Below, piece by piece: positions 14,519 to 30,437 of a stretch of DNA of 64,000 bases. Where the stretch lies: the NCBI GenBank assembly GCA_025786725.1, contig JAHLTZ010000028.1, positions 62,001-126,000 of the forward strand, read 5' to 3'. How positions within the stretch are numbered: the stretch's first letter is position 1; each line of letters opens with the position of its first letter. The stretch comes from Syncephalis fuscata S228 (Eukaryota; Fungi; Zoopagomycota). The notes under the pieces are model-generated. The model saw nothing but the letters and a program-made list of their open reading frames with translations, was not told the DNA's origin and did not search any database. The translations under genes and the position numbers were made by a program.

Positions 14519-14893
14519 ATGGTTAAGCTTGTTACTAGCGAGGCAGAGTTCAGAGACATTATCAACAACAACGAGTTTGTTGTTGTCGATTTCTTCGCCG
14601 AATGGTGCGGTCCTTGCCGTATGATTGCACCAATGATCGAGAAGCTAGACGATAGTACACCTAATGTCGTCTTCATTAAGATCGACATAGAGCAGCTCGA
14701 GGTATTTAGTTTTTCTACTAATATTACGCTTACTAACTAGTATCGACTATTGTAGGATATTTCCAAAGAGTTTGGCGTTACTGCTATGCCCACGTTCAGA
14801 TTTTTCAAAAATGGAAACTCTGGTGGTGACGATGTTGTCATTGGTGCCGATATCAAGAAGATTACCGAAAAACTTGCTACTTTCATAGCATAA
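14519..14893 (+). CDS. TRX: Thioredoxin; exons 14519-14701, 14756-14893
   Basis: VVVDFFAEWCGPC active site, TAMPTF cis-Pro motif, VIGAD. Confidence 0.95.
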
Positions 14894-15477
14894 TTATGGA
14901 GTCTATAGCCGATACATTTAAATAAATAATATTTGAATGTAATAACCAATAGCTAGTGTAATATAAATATATAGCAAATAGTTAAAATACGTACAAACAC
15001 AATATACAAGTCTTTAACGACAAATAACCAATTAAAGCTGAATGATACAGCTACTAGTTTAGTAGAGACCTTATTTCGCTCTAAATGTGCGCTATATTCA
15101 ATAGATAGTTAGCTATAATACATACAGAATATTCAAAGCCAACACAGCTATACTTTATTGTACTATTTAGAATGCTATATTTTTAAAAAATAATCGATAG
15201 AGCTGAAATAAAATGGTTATAGTAGTTTGCTATTGAAAAGTCAATGGATATTGCAATAATTGCGAATGATATATATATATATCATTAATTAACATCAATA
15301 TAGATTTGTAATAGCTTGATGCAGTAACTTCAACATCAATGCAAATAAATAATATGTATTAACCATAGAGCAAACGACCTTAAAATGGCTTATTCAACTG
15401 AAAAGACCAAAGCTACTAATGTATCGTCACTGCTTTCTACCTTTCTATCTTTCTATCTTTTTATTTTTTAATCAGCT

Positions 15478-17152
15478 ATGGCCGCACCACTTCGTCATGT
15501 GGTTGTTCTAGGCGGTGGTATTTCAGGCTTGTCGGTCGCCTATAATCTATTACGTTCTTCGCCAAAACTTCGCGTAACACTTGTTGAGGCAGCTGATCAC
15601 GTTGGTGGCTGGGTAGATAGCCGTGAAATAGGACCCGAATCAATTATATGCGAGACTGGCCCGCGTACTTTACGACCAGCAGGTCGAGCGGGACTGGCTA
15701 CGTTACAGCTTGTAAGTCGCATTGTAATATGAGTATAGACATTACTCATTACAAACTATTGATATTAAGGTAAAAGACCTTGGTTTGGACGACGCGTTAG
15801 CAACCGTGCCACGTACGGCAGCAGCAGCCAAAAATCGCTTTCTTTATGGCAATGGCCGGTTACATCTACTGCAGCCATGGCCAATGCTAACCTCCAGCTA
15901 CTTACGGCCCATACTATGGCCGATGGCTAAAGAACCGTTTCGCTCCTCACCTACAAGTGTGCAAACTGTAGTGAAAACTGTTGATGGTCAAATGGCCGTG
16001 GCCGATGAAAGTATTCGATCGTTTATTACGCGTCGCTTTTCTTCTATCGTCGCTGATAGAATGGTAAGTGCCGTTGTTAGCGGTATTTATGCTGGCAATA
16101 TATCTGAATTAAGTGCACGGGCATGCTTTGGTCGACTATGGCATGCAGAGCGTAAGCATCAATCAATTATCCGTGGTCTATGGGCTATGAATCGAGAACC
16201 AGATAATGCTGAACTAGTTGATATTCGACGACAATTACTTGATACAACTACTACATCACCATCTATAAAGAGTGCCATTGAATCATCGGTCTATACATTC
16301 CGTAATGGTATGCAAACCTTAACAGATACCATGGCTCGTACACTTCAACAACAATACACATCTGATCGATATAGACTTTTATTAAACAGTGCAGTAAAAT
16401 CAGTATCATTTAATACACAACAAGCCACTGTAAGTCATTTACACACACACACATAATCATTTATTAATTATTAATAGGTGCAACTAAATGATGGAACACA
16501 AATTAAAGCGGACCAAATTGTCGGAGCTGTACCAGCTCGTGTTATGAGTCAATTGCTTGGTACATTGACGCCAACATCATTACAGAATATTGGTGCTATT
16601 TCATCGAATGTAGCAGTAGTTAACCTTATTTATGCCAAGCCATTAAACATCCCTAATGGGTTTGGCTACTTAATACCTACTGTTGAGCAAGATACAATGA
16701 CCCTTGGTGTTGTATTTGACTCACAGTCCTTGCCAGCGAATATAAATGCACCAAATGCTACTCGATTAACCGTTATGATGGGTGGCCGTTATCGCTGGTC
16801 TCAACAACAGCTTGATCATGTATCTGAAGATGAGTTTCTTGAACAAGCACTACTTACGGTACGGAAGCATTTAGGTATTACGGATCAGCCTATGCATACA
16901 CTAGTAAGCATACAGCGACAGTGTATTCCACAGTATCAAGTAGGACATGCAGATCAATTACACGCCCTCCATCGAGACTTGCCACAATTAAGCCATGGAC
17001 GACTCGCTGTCACCGGTGCATCCTACACAGGCGTATCTATTAATGATTGTATATGGCACGCTGAACAGCTCGCTAACCGTATTGCCACTCACCATGCTGA
17101 TGATGCATCAATGGTTAAAGTAACTGGATTAGAAACGGCGGAATTTATGTAA
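15478..17152 (+). CDS. HEM14: Protoporphyrinogen oxidase; exons 15478-15711, 15770-16429, 16478-17152
   Basis: GGGISGL FAD motif, ETGPRTLRP, GIYAG, GFGYLIP, CIPQYQVGH, GVSINDC. Confidence 0.95.
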
Positions 17153-17338
17153 TATGTGGGTGACGTGTATTTCCTTTATTTTCTACCATTTTCCATTAAA
17201 ATTATTTTTGTTTTATTTCTTTCAATTGTTTTAAACGACATTTCTACGTGCACTACCACTCCATTGCCATTACTTCTACTACTTTTACTATTAGCATATT
17301 ATACTGGTTAGTACTGTAGCATTACTATATCAACAGCC

Positions 17339-18745
17339 ATGGAAAAGCTACTACAATGGGCCATTATTAACTCGGCTACCGAAAAAGAGGATACAACAAA
17401 GCCAAGTACACCTCGTCGTACACTTACTGACCTGGTAAGTAGAGCTTATTGCAATTCAAAAATTGTATTAACAATAGAACGTTAAATAAATAAAATAAAT
17501 TATAATAGGATCCAGCTATTATTGATGCTATTCTTGGTAAAGATGATGCAACAGTTATGCGAGGTAAATAGTGGTTATTAATAAATATATTGCTATATAT
17601 CTGATTAACAATATGTTATTAGAAATGATGGATCAATTGGAGGATGACAAGGTACCCATTGATGAAAAGGAAGTGCTTATAGAGAATTTTGAAATGGTAT
17701 GTAATGATTAATAGAGTCTATTTAATCTTAGTAATATCAATATATCATATAGTTGGTTGGACATATTGATAATGCACAAAGTAAGATGACTGTTGATGAT
17801 GAATTATATACCATTAATGCTTACTATCTTGAATAATAATAATAATGTAGATTTAGCGCCATTAAAAATGTGGCCACGTATTCTGGCATTGACCAATTCA
17901 TCAGAGGATGTATTGCGTAGTGGTGCTCTATGGATTGCTGGCACTAGTGTTCAGAATAATCCAAAGGCTAAAGTAGTGGTAAGTCGATGTGTAACGTTTC
18001 TATAGTATTAAACTATAATATTAAATTCATTAGTTTATTAAAGAAAATGGATTGAATTGTGCATTGGAACGACTTCAAAAGGATGAGGCAGCAAGTGTAC
18101 GGGCTAAATCACTTTATTGCCTTTCAAGTACTTATACAATATAGAGCCATTTGAATCATTATATTAATATACACTTGGTTAATAGGTTTATTACAAAATG
18201 CCCCACCAACCATTGAATTATTTGCAGCCAAAGATGGCTACAAAGCCTTACTACACATATTGCAGAATGATAAAGGTAGCGAATGAATGAATAGTATTAA
18301 TAGAAATAAGCTAATTGTAACTTTGTGATATGCTAGATGAAAAGCTATATCCTAGAACACTTTTTTTATTTCACCAATTGGCATTACAATGTCCAGAGAA
18401 CATATTCCTCAAATGCATCAGTTACCATTCGCTGATGCTATTGTCGATATCATTGATAAACAAAAAGACAATGAAGATATTGTTGAAAAGGTAACATCCA
18501 TTGCCATATTATTAATCTTTTACTAATTATATATATATATATATGTATGTGTATATGTATATTAGGCATTAAGAGTACTACTTGAAACGTACAAACCTAT
18601 AAATACAATATCTAATAGTAACAAATCAACAGTGGGTATTACACAAGCTATTAATAAATTAAAACAAATATATTCAACATTACGGTCAACACATCATGCC
18701 ACCGCACTATCCATTGAAGAATGGACTCGTTTGATCAATGGCTAG
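17339..18745 (+). CDS. FES1: Hsp70 nucleotide exchange factor Fes1/HspBP1, multi-exon; one frameshift near 18397
   Basis: MEKLLQWAI, DPAIIDAILG, IDNAQN, WIAGTSVQNNPKA, VRAKSLYCLS, NEDIVEKAL. Confidence 0.88.
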
Positions 18746-19261
18746 CATAATAAAAGTTAATATTTTATTCGCAATATACAATGATGCATATATTAAAAGT
18801 GTGATAAAATAGCCAGTATAGTGATATAGTGCTGTTACGAGAACAGGAGAGTAGGAACTGATTTATTGAAAGGCTGAACAAAAGCAGAACAATGTTTCTA
18901 AAAGAAAAAGAAAAGCAATAAAGTGGTATAAGATAATTAACTATACAAGATTACACGCAATGAAGAATAAAAAGCATCCAATATATGATTAGAGTAAAAT
19001 CAAAGTAATCACAATGCTGATAATAACCGCGTCTACACAAGAAATCTGATCGATTCAAGTAGTGTATGTGTATGTGTGTATGTGTGTGTGATGCAAAAAG
19101 AAAAATAATGATTCTGGTAATGTTGATAGTGATAGTGATGGAGATGTGATGTGATGGCACCAATAATAATAATAAGAATACTAGTAATAGTGGGATAATG
19201 ATATGTATGTAATAGTAATGGTGTTGATGATATCATTGTCATATAATAGCCTAATAGTTAA

Positions 19262-22023
<2,762 letters not shown>

Positions 22024-22498
22024 ACCTATGTGAATTGAATCCGACAAAAAACACTAAAGAATGCAAAAGAATGAATAGCTAATTAGTATACGACAAAAAA
22101 GGCCGCATAAACAACAATGGGTGACCGGCTCAGCAGCCTGATATATTTGAGGAACGTGAAGCAGCGAAAGAAAAAGGCAAATCCTATGCTATAATATGAA
22201 AGCCTCGTAAAAGATACAGAGTCACAGACATTGTGGCATTTATATCTGACACGCGGTGGTTTAACCAGACAGCCAGTAACAAAACAATCTGTCCTGCGCA
22301 ATATCAATGTCTGTGGCACGGCGCCATGTTTTATGAAACAGCATTGAAAAGGTGTTTAAGAGTATTTCCAATCTTTTTTAACATATTTGGCTTTAAAACC
22401 TGTCAAGTATTAGATTTGCATGGCGCGGTAACTATTATGAAACAATAAACGATATAATAAACAGCCATTTAAATTACAATACCGTTTTTGTAGTCTGT

Positions 22499-22693
22499 TT
22501 AACAGTGGAAATGCTTCATAGCTGTAATAGCCCGTCTGTTCAACGACAGACCGATAGCTATAGGCTACAATAGTTTGTGCCGCTCTCTTAGAAGTGTATA
22601 TAGGTGCTATAGGTTATGGATAGAACAGTAGCTACTCGTCGTCTATCTAACAACAGACGGGCCAATATGGCTGTGAAATATTTCACCGCTTAA
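22499..22693. mobile_element. Putative MITE / fold-back element: ~40-bp imperfect terminal inverted repeats bounded by TTAA
   Basis: Left ttaacagtggaaatgcttcatagctgtaatagcccgtctgtt versus reverse complement of right ttaagcggtgaaatatttcacagccatattggcccgtctgtt; inner pairing acgac/gtcgt and tagcta/tagcta. Confidence 0.55.
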
Positions 22694-23524
22694 CACACTC
22701 ACACAGAGAACAAGGACAAGCCCAATTCAGATAGTCACTATGCAAAAACACCGCTATGACTGTACAGCAGCTAAATAACTCACCTAGTGCAATATAGTAG
22801 TAGATAACAATAAACGATAATATTTAGTAGAAACAAAGAGACGACTTGTTGTAACAATGGTAATAGTCGCTCTTATTAATGCAATAACTGTTAAAATGAA
22901 TGCAGATAAGAAATGGCTATTTCAACAATAACAACTAAACGATAGAACAACAATACAACGATGCCACTCGATGCAATGACAATTGGGAGTAAAACTAGGC
23001 GAAGAGTATGTACTTGATCGCTTACGGTTAACAATTAGAGACAATGTAATAGGTCTTTTGTGCCGTTGTTGTCACTATTTCCACTGGTGGTGGCAAGTAG
23101 TGGGATGGTGTCGTTGCAGCGAAAACAAAGTATGGAACAAGGGCGCCGCCACAAAATGTCCAGGCAAAAAAGAATCGCAGCCCGAGAACAAAGAAAACAA
23201 CAACAACTCGAACTAGTGATAATAATAAAGATAGACGGAGTGCTTGGAAAAGAAAGAAACTGGAGAATAAGAGCGAATGAGAGTGCAGAAAAGAGAAATG
23301 ACAACTGACTAGACGATGAGAATAGTGAGTTAAAAGGGGAGGAGAGCTTGAGTAAGATTATTGTGTGCGTGTGTGTGTAAAATATAACATGTGCTTATTC
23401 CTACTTACCCTGTTCACCTTGACATTAATTGTTATTTCAAGCCGAATTCCGTGTTCAGTAAGGGTCATGCTTGATTAAGAAATAATTAAATTTTTATTGG
23501 CAAAATAAATGATAATTTATTGAT

Positions 23525-24925
23525 TTAATCCTTTTCTTGTGGAATATCTTCTACAAGTTTTAATATTTCAATGGCGATGCTTTGTCGTTGATTATTAGCT
23601 TCACATCGACTCACTGCCTCACCTCTAATGGCCAGTATTTTTCTATTAAGTAAATCAAGTGGCAAAGGTGTTCTATCGTTACTGCCAACCGTTGTGGACC
23701 CCGTTGAGTACCACCCTGCACCGTCAGCCACGTAGCCACCAGCCTCTTCGACAATTAAGGCACCGGCGGCAATGTCCCAGCAATGGATACCAATCTCCCA
23801 GTAGGCATCCAGAGCCCCACGTGCTACAAGACATAAATTCAACGCGGCCGATCCTGTACACCGCACGCCACGGCAATGGCCAACTGATGCTGCGGATAGT
23901 CGTTCCATAGAACGAGTTTTAGGCAGTAAGGTATGGTCGTCTCGTATGGAGCCGTACTCCATACCAAGCATGCATCCACGCAAGCCATTATTAGGCAATG
24001 GTCGTGCCTGCAGAGGCAATCTGAAGCTTTCGTTAAGATAGGCGCCTTTTCCGCGTACTGCAGTGTACAACTATCAGTATGATAATAATAATAAATTAGC
24101 AAATGATTTAAATTGTAACTGATGTGGCAATTTACCTCATCAAGTATTGGATTATACACAACAGCTACGGCAAGATGTCCTGACACTACTATTCCAATTG
24201 AAACAGCCACAAATGGGAACCTATTAATAACAATAAACAATTGTTATTATCGCTATTCTTATGCATATTATGTTTACTATTTATCGCGTGATAATTACAT
24301 GACTATTATCACGCGTTTCTCTTACCCGTGAACAAAATTTGCAGTGCCATCTAGTGGAAGGAAAACAAAACACGTGTAGACACAGTCATTCATACAGATA
24401 CAAATAGACATGTGTTCATAGACCACGCAAACGCATGGATGCATAGGCATGAAAAGATAGTGAAAGCGGATAGCAAGAAGGTAATAGGCACAAAGTTAAT
24501 ATGTCATTATTTGCTCTGCAGCTAGTCTACTTACCAATAGGATCCATAATCCAAGTAGGTTCAGGTCCTATGCGTGCACCATGGTTATCACCAAATTCCT
24601 CGCCTATGCAGATATGATTTGGGAATTGTTCGGCGATGCGTGTGCGCAGTCGTTGTTCAACTGCACGATCCGTTACAGTAACTAGATCGGATGAATTGCC
24701 GTTCTTTGCCTCTACGACTGAATCATTGGTATTTGTATCAGTCTTCTTCTCGTTGCTTTGGTTTATAGGCGCTGTTTTTACACTGCCTAGCCCATGGCGT
24801 TGAGAAAATGCTGTTCTTATCGTTTCTCCGGCCTCTTTTGCAATAGTAACTGCAAATTGCAGATAGCCATCAAAATTACCTAAATACCATGCCATTTCGT
24901 AGGTAAGCTGGTAGCTAGCAGTCAT
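23525..24925 (-). CDS. INM1: Inositol monophosphatase; exons 24925-24535, 24350-24326, 24220-24136, 24070-23525
   Basis: DLVTVTD, IGEE, WIMDPIDGTANFVHGFP, GSAALNLC, WDIAAG motifs. Confidence 0.93.
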
Positions 24926-26126
24926 TTACTCAATACTTACAGTGAGCAGCAGTAGTGGCAGTCATAATGAGTAACAAAAGAAAAGAGCAAATAAGTTACT
25001 AAGAAGTATACAACAGCTGAAAAGATGGAGCATATCCGGACTAATTTGGAACGTAGCACCCGAATCTAACTGCACGTGATCTAAAATGCTACTAGCTATT
25101 ATGTACTAGTCCTGTAATGAAGCGATACAGTTTATGTCAAATAAATAGTATTATTATAAGATTTATACTGTGTAGAAGTGTTGTTAAATGTTGTATATTG
25201 TTTGTTATAAAATAATTGTGGAGTGTTTTATAATACACGTACATGAAGGCAGTATAAATACATTAATATATACCGAAGTCTGAATATTTTACCTGACCGA
25301 AATTCCCACCACACATTTACCAAGGTAGTAATGATCGACAATCAGGCCAGAGCATTTAAGAGTACAGCAACATAATTTATTTATTTAGCATGTGACTATC
25401 ATATGGCGATGCAAACTGTCGGCGTCATCGTCGCCAAAATACTATTATTAGTGAATAGACACGGTATTGTATAACCGATAGTATTTATACCACAGCAACG
25501 ATCAATTAATTGCTATATTTTCATATTATTACGATATCGACAGAAGAATAATCATAAACATTTAACCTCATTTATTAATAGAAAATAGCCAAGTTTTTAA
25601 TCCGTATTTTCAAACTTTTGTAAATTTATAATTGCTGCTTTATTTTTATGTAGCATTACAGCTTACTACAAAGTTTAATTACTGTAAATAATTTTACATA
25701 TTTCCATCTTTTACAAACTATGCATAATTTGCCATATGAATACTGGTTTAAAAAAGCTATATGATAAACATGGCAATGAAAACGTATATAAGACAAATCT
25801 GCATTTCAGATCCCAAATTCGAGCTTTCCATGATGTCTGTATATCATTTTAGGCAACTACCTCATTGAAGTTGTTGAGCTTTTAATTGTGCCAATAGTTA
25901 TACTAACTATGACTATGACTACCATATCCACTGTATAAACACAAATTCCCTGATAACTATATAAATATTTTTGCTATAAAAATGACACGCATATTGAAGC
26001 AGTTTTTGTTATTTTTTTTCTTGACACCTTCAACCAAAGCTATCGCTAATATTACATTATTTTCAAATTCGTTCTAAACGCATTTTTAAGAAAGCCTTTG
26101 TTTTAAACAAATTAAGAAATACTGTA

Positions 26127-27288
26127 ATGTTTTTTCAAAACACATTTATGAGCTTTAATTTTGTTGTTGGGTTGTTGCTCATGTTGCGTATATATAATAC
26201 TGCTGTAATAAAAGCAACACCAATGGACGCGGATATAGTTATAAATAAACCAATTGGTTTTGATCCAAGTAAATTATACGAGACTTAATGGAATTTATGT
26301 TAACGGATTATGATTAATAGGAGAAGGGGAGTTTTATGGATATCCTGTTGAACGGAATGGCGCATTCGGGAATACTAATTTACAAGTTACTGATATATTT
26401 TATTCCGGCGGTAATCAAGGCTTCTATGCTGAAGGCAAACTTTTTAATCCAGATACACAAAAATACTTAATTGTTGAGCTTCTATGCAATCATGCAGATC
26501 AAACTATAGGCACAGTCAGAGCGCAATCAGATTTAGTTTATTTGGACAGAAAATTTCTTTTTTATCAGGTACTTTATATAACTATAAGTACAATGCTATT
26601 ATTAACATGTTTATTCTAGGATATCTACAATCAATACACAAAACATCAAAACGATTCAATCTTTCGTATTGTTGGTCTTCCTCTGCTTGCTAGATATAAG
26701 GCAAACCAAGGGCATTACTGTTACATGGTTGAAGATGTGTACTCAAACAACCGGTTTAATGCACTAGATATAAAGCAACTGGCTCAAGAAAACAGTCAAG
26801 TGTTTAAAAACATGCTTGATCAACTGAGAAATGGTATGTACTTTAAACAATATTAAGTGCAACACTAACAGTTTTATAAATTAGCCATTCTATTCGCAAA
26901 GAGTCTAGGATGGTATTATAATCTGAAACACGATTGTAAGCTTATAGGACCATGAAATGTCTATTAACAATCTAACACTCTATTAGGCGTAAGATTCAAC
27001 AGCAATGCTCAAGTTCTAATTGATTGCTTTGACAATACATATAACATGAATCATGGAGTTGATAAGAAGGCTATGGTTTTTATTACGCAAGACTATAATC
27101 GAATTATAAAACTGTACTTCCAGCATGTGTTTAGTGAGGCTGGCTTTTCCAAAAACCAACTAGACTTAATGACAGCCCAATATGTTGATGGCTTATTATT
27201 TAAGCAAAAAGGTAATCTGGACAAACGAAAAAGCTCCAATGAACATCTAGAGGTAGTGAAACGGCCACGAAAAGGCCCATTTAAATAA
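26127..27288 (+). CDS. Predicted secreted degenerate protein-kinase-fold protein (318 aa) with C-terminal bipartite NLS-like motif; exons 26127-26268, 26321-26568, 26620-26833, 26885-26935, 26987-27288
   Basis: Five GT-AG exons total 957 nt with no internal stop; hydrophobic N-terminus ending IKA-TP; FKNMLDQLRNAILFAKSLGWYYNLKHDCVRFNSNAQVLIDCFD parallels kinase subdomains VIa-VII without HRD/DFG. Confidence 0.72.
26683..27195 (+). repeat. Inverted repeat arm A (513 bp), near-identical to 34265-34777
   Basis: Reverse-complement match including two introns; only two mismatches seen by eye (26690, 26824). Confidence 0.95.
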
Positions 27289-27518
27289 ATGAAATTGAAT
27301 TAATATTATTCTGCATTTTGCTATTCATATTAGACGTGTATTTGCATGCAAAATGCCAAAGAGGCGTGTTTATTGAATCATTAAAGGCTTGAAATATCAA
27401 GCAAATGCATTAGCGAAAGAAATGCTCAAGTACACAAAGGGACAGACGTGAAAGTGGCATTAGGTAGATGTATCGATGCTGATAATGCTGATAATGCTGA
27501 TGCTAGTCGTGAAAATGT

Positions 27519-27972
27519 TTAGAGGGCAACGAATGCCTGGCCCACGAGAGCCGCCGATCCAAGAAGAGCCCATTCGAATACGCCATGGCCGTTAATATCT
27601 AGAGCGGTTGCAGCGCTGGATTGGGTTGGAGTCGCGGTGGGCGTAGTCGTCTCGGTGGTAGTAACGACAAGCGTGTTGGTCTGCTCTGGAGCTGGAGCAA
27701 CTGGGGCAACTGGGGCAACTGGAGCGACTGGGGCAACTGGAATGACTGGGGCAACAGGGGCAGTATTATGGTTTGGCAAAAAGACTGTTGGTAAAAGAGG
27801 CGTTTCTTGTACATTGGCTATATTATATTCAATTGTTAGTTTGTTCATTATCAGACTTAAAATACTATTGTGCTAGCGTACCAGGGACGTTCTTGGAGGG
27901 CGTTCCGGCCATGACCAAAGAGGAGAAGGCAGCGACGATGGCCAAGGTGGAGGTGATTTTGCTGGAGAACAT
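27519..27972 (-). CDS. Small secreted, probably GPI-anchored (PVA)n-PAPEQT repeat protein; exons 27972-27882, 27817-27519
   Basis: Signal peptide MFSSKITSTLAIVAAFSSLVMA, PVAPVA repeats, Thr-rich stalk, SSA site plus hydrophobic tail; TATA box near 28100. Confidence 0.82.
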
Positions 27973-28854
27973 TTTGAAAAGTAAAAGGTAGCGAAAATAC
28001 TGTGCTTTGCAAAGTAGATAAACTAGAGTATTGCTTGTTGTTGCTTGTTGTTGCTTGTGATGCAGATGTGTTGTTCAAGTTGATCGATCAGTTCTCTTTT
28101 ATACATTAGAAGCATTATAGCGACTTGTATACTGTTTATGAAAATACAGTATAATCGAAACACTGTCGGACGTATGTGATCCTCTGGTTAAATGACTCGG
28201 TCAAACAGTGGCTACTACGTAATCTAATACTGCAACATTCAAGGGGGGTGTTGGTATTATACTAACACATATTAGTTTAACAATAATGCTTTGGTTTTAC
28301 GCATGTAGAAGAAACTAGTCTAGTTGCGTGATAGCCTAGCACAAACCTTGTTGCGCTTCAGATCGACTTGTTTACTGTATGAGAAAGAGAGAGCATGGGA
28401 TGTTTTATCTACTCGTTCATTGTATGAAGCAATGGGAAGCAGTCGAATGAACTGTACCAGTCACATGGAACGGTTGCTGTTATTTGGCAATGGATCAAGT
28501 AATCAATTGAAATTATGTGTAATCAATTCAATTTAACAAGATACAACTTTTGAATAAACAAATAAAATTATTATTATTTGAAATGTAATAGAATATTTGT
28601 AGAGAATAAATGTGTGTTTATTATGAAGAAGCACAACACGCAAATAATCATTTATATGTAATTGTCAATACTTAGGTTTTGAACATGATACAAATTAAAA
28701 TGCCACTATGTTTTGTGATGCTATATTATGATGGATATATGACTCAGAAATGAACAAATAATATAATGCAAACGTTGGTTTATTATGCATCAAAACAATG
28801 CAATGCTAACTGAGGAATGCTAATAGATTCAATTATGGACGCGCTGAAGATGGT

Positions 28855-29344
28855 CTAGAAAGCTAAGTGTCCAACAAATGCTGCGACACCGAGTGCAGCC
28901 ATTTCAGCAACACCACGGTTACCGAGATTCAATGAAGCTCCGCTGGTGGCGGTTGGAGTCGCGGTGGGCGTAGTCGTTTCAGTGGTAGTCACGACAACGG
29001 TGTTGGTCTGCTCTGGTGCCGGAGCAACTGGAGCAACTGGCGCCACTGGAACAACTGGAGCAACTGGCGCCACTGGAACAACTGGGGCAACTGGGGCTGG
29101 AGTAGCTGGAGTGAAAAGCACTTGAGTGTACGATGGCTGGCCACCATCACTACCAGTCGCATGATGGGCAACTATTTTAATTGTTTAAAGTCAGTAACAA
29201 GCAATACTAGCGTAATACCAGTTTAAACTTACATGCACGTTCGTCGTTGGCATGTGCATGTGGCATAAATCCGTCACGAGCAGTGACGCTGACAGCCATG
29301 ATGGCAACAGCGAGGAATAAAGCGGCACGTTGGAAAGAAACCAT
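28855..29344 (-). CDS. Small secreted, probably GPI-anchored (PVA/PVV)n-PAPEQT repeat protein, two exons
   Basis: Signal peptide MVSFQRAALFLAVAIMAVSVTA, phase-1 intron, stalk QTNTVVVTTTETTTPTATPT nearly identical to neighbour, hydrophobic tail. Confidence 0.82.
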
Positions 29345-29829
29345 ATTGAAAAGGCGGTTAAAATTACTCGAAATAATTGTCAAAGTATAATGGCAGTAAA
29401 AGATATTATGAGTGTGTTAAGTTGCAGAAGATCGTACACTTGCAATCAATGGCTTATATACACGCAAATAAGCATTAGAGACGGTTGCTCTAATTGTCTT
29501 GGAAAGAATGGAGTCTCTTACTGATACAAAACTAATAAATTAAACAGCGTGACTTTAATGAATAACAATTTGTTGAGCTTTACTCAATCATGGTAAATCT
29601 GGTGCCGATGTGTTTCTGAAAACCAATAGAGACTAGTGTGATCGATGTAACACATATTGACACACTGATTAGAGCAATCATAGGCAGTCTGCACCCAAAC
29701 TATTGACAAGGACATGGTAAAATAAGTGATACTGGAAAGTGCTAAACATAGAGGTACAATATGTATTTTATTAGACTATGAGCAAAGTTTGCTAATTAAG
29801 ACAACGCAAAGAATGTCTGTAACGTAAAG

Positions 29830-30255
29830 TCACCAGACCAGCGTGCCAACGGTCAGTATCAAGCATAATAAAATATTATTCGACACATTCATTGAATTTA
29901 CGCCGCTGTTTGAGACATTGGTCGGTGTTGGCGTAGCTGTTATAGTTAGAACAGTAGTTACTGTGACCGCATTGGGAGAAGACACACCAGGCGCAAGTGT
30001 TGGAGATGGCACACTCGGACTGCCTCCAGGAAAGCTTCCATTGACACCAGGAATTGGTGGTGGCCAGCCATTTTCCGTGCCTGGGATGGGTGGAGGCCAG
30101 TTTTGATCTGTACCTGGGATGATTGGTGGCCATCCACCTTCAGTGCCTGGAACACTAACTGTAGGCAAAGGTATATTTATTGTGGTGCGTGTTTCCTGGC
30201 CAAAGCTCATCGCAATAAGCGATGTTGCAATTATAACGCTACAATATTTCCACAT
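29830..30255 (-). CDS. Small secreted, probably GPI-anchored Pro-rich protein with three WPP(P/I)IPG repeats
   Basis: Signal peptide MWKYCSVIIATSLIAMSFG, TATPTPT stalk, SNS site plus hydrophobic tail. Confidence 0.75.
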   Translation of the reverse strand: MWKYCSVIIATSLIAMSFGQETRTTINIPLPTVSVPGTEGGWPPIIPGTDQNWPPPIPGTENGWPPPIPGVNGSFPGGSPSVPSPTLAPGVSSPNAVTVTTVLTITATPTPTNVSNSGVNSMNVSNNILLCLILTVGTLVW

Positions 30256-30437
30256 TATTACAAAGTATAAAGAACAAAAATGAGAACACAATTACATTTT
30301 TTTGGTTGCATAATGGGCACATATAGCTTTTTGGCAATTACAATCAATTAGATTCATTACTGATTTATAGAACATCATTCGACAAAAACAAATTTTGAAA
30401 CAAAAACACACCCAACGGCAGTGAAACTTGAGCTGGC

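Noticed and set aside
23398-23470. U1 snRNA-like ACTTACC strings (also ~46445)
   Set aside because: No U1 stem-loops or Sm site follow; more likely reverse-strand splice-donor sequences
27637-27876. Collagen-like (GAT)n Gly-X-Y ORFs (also 30925-31134, 56884-57099)
   Set aside because: They are antisense shadows of the PVA/AP repeats; signal peptide, intron, TATA and tail all lie on the opposite strand
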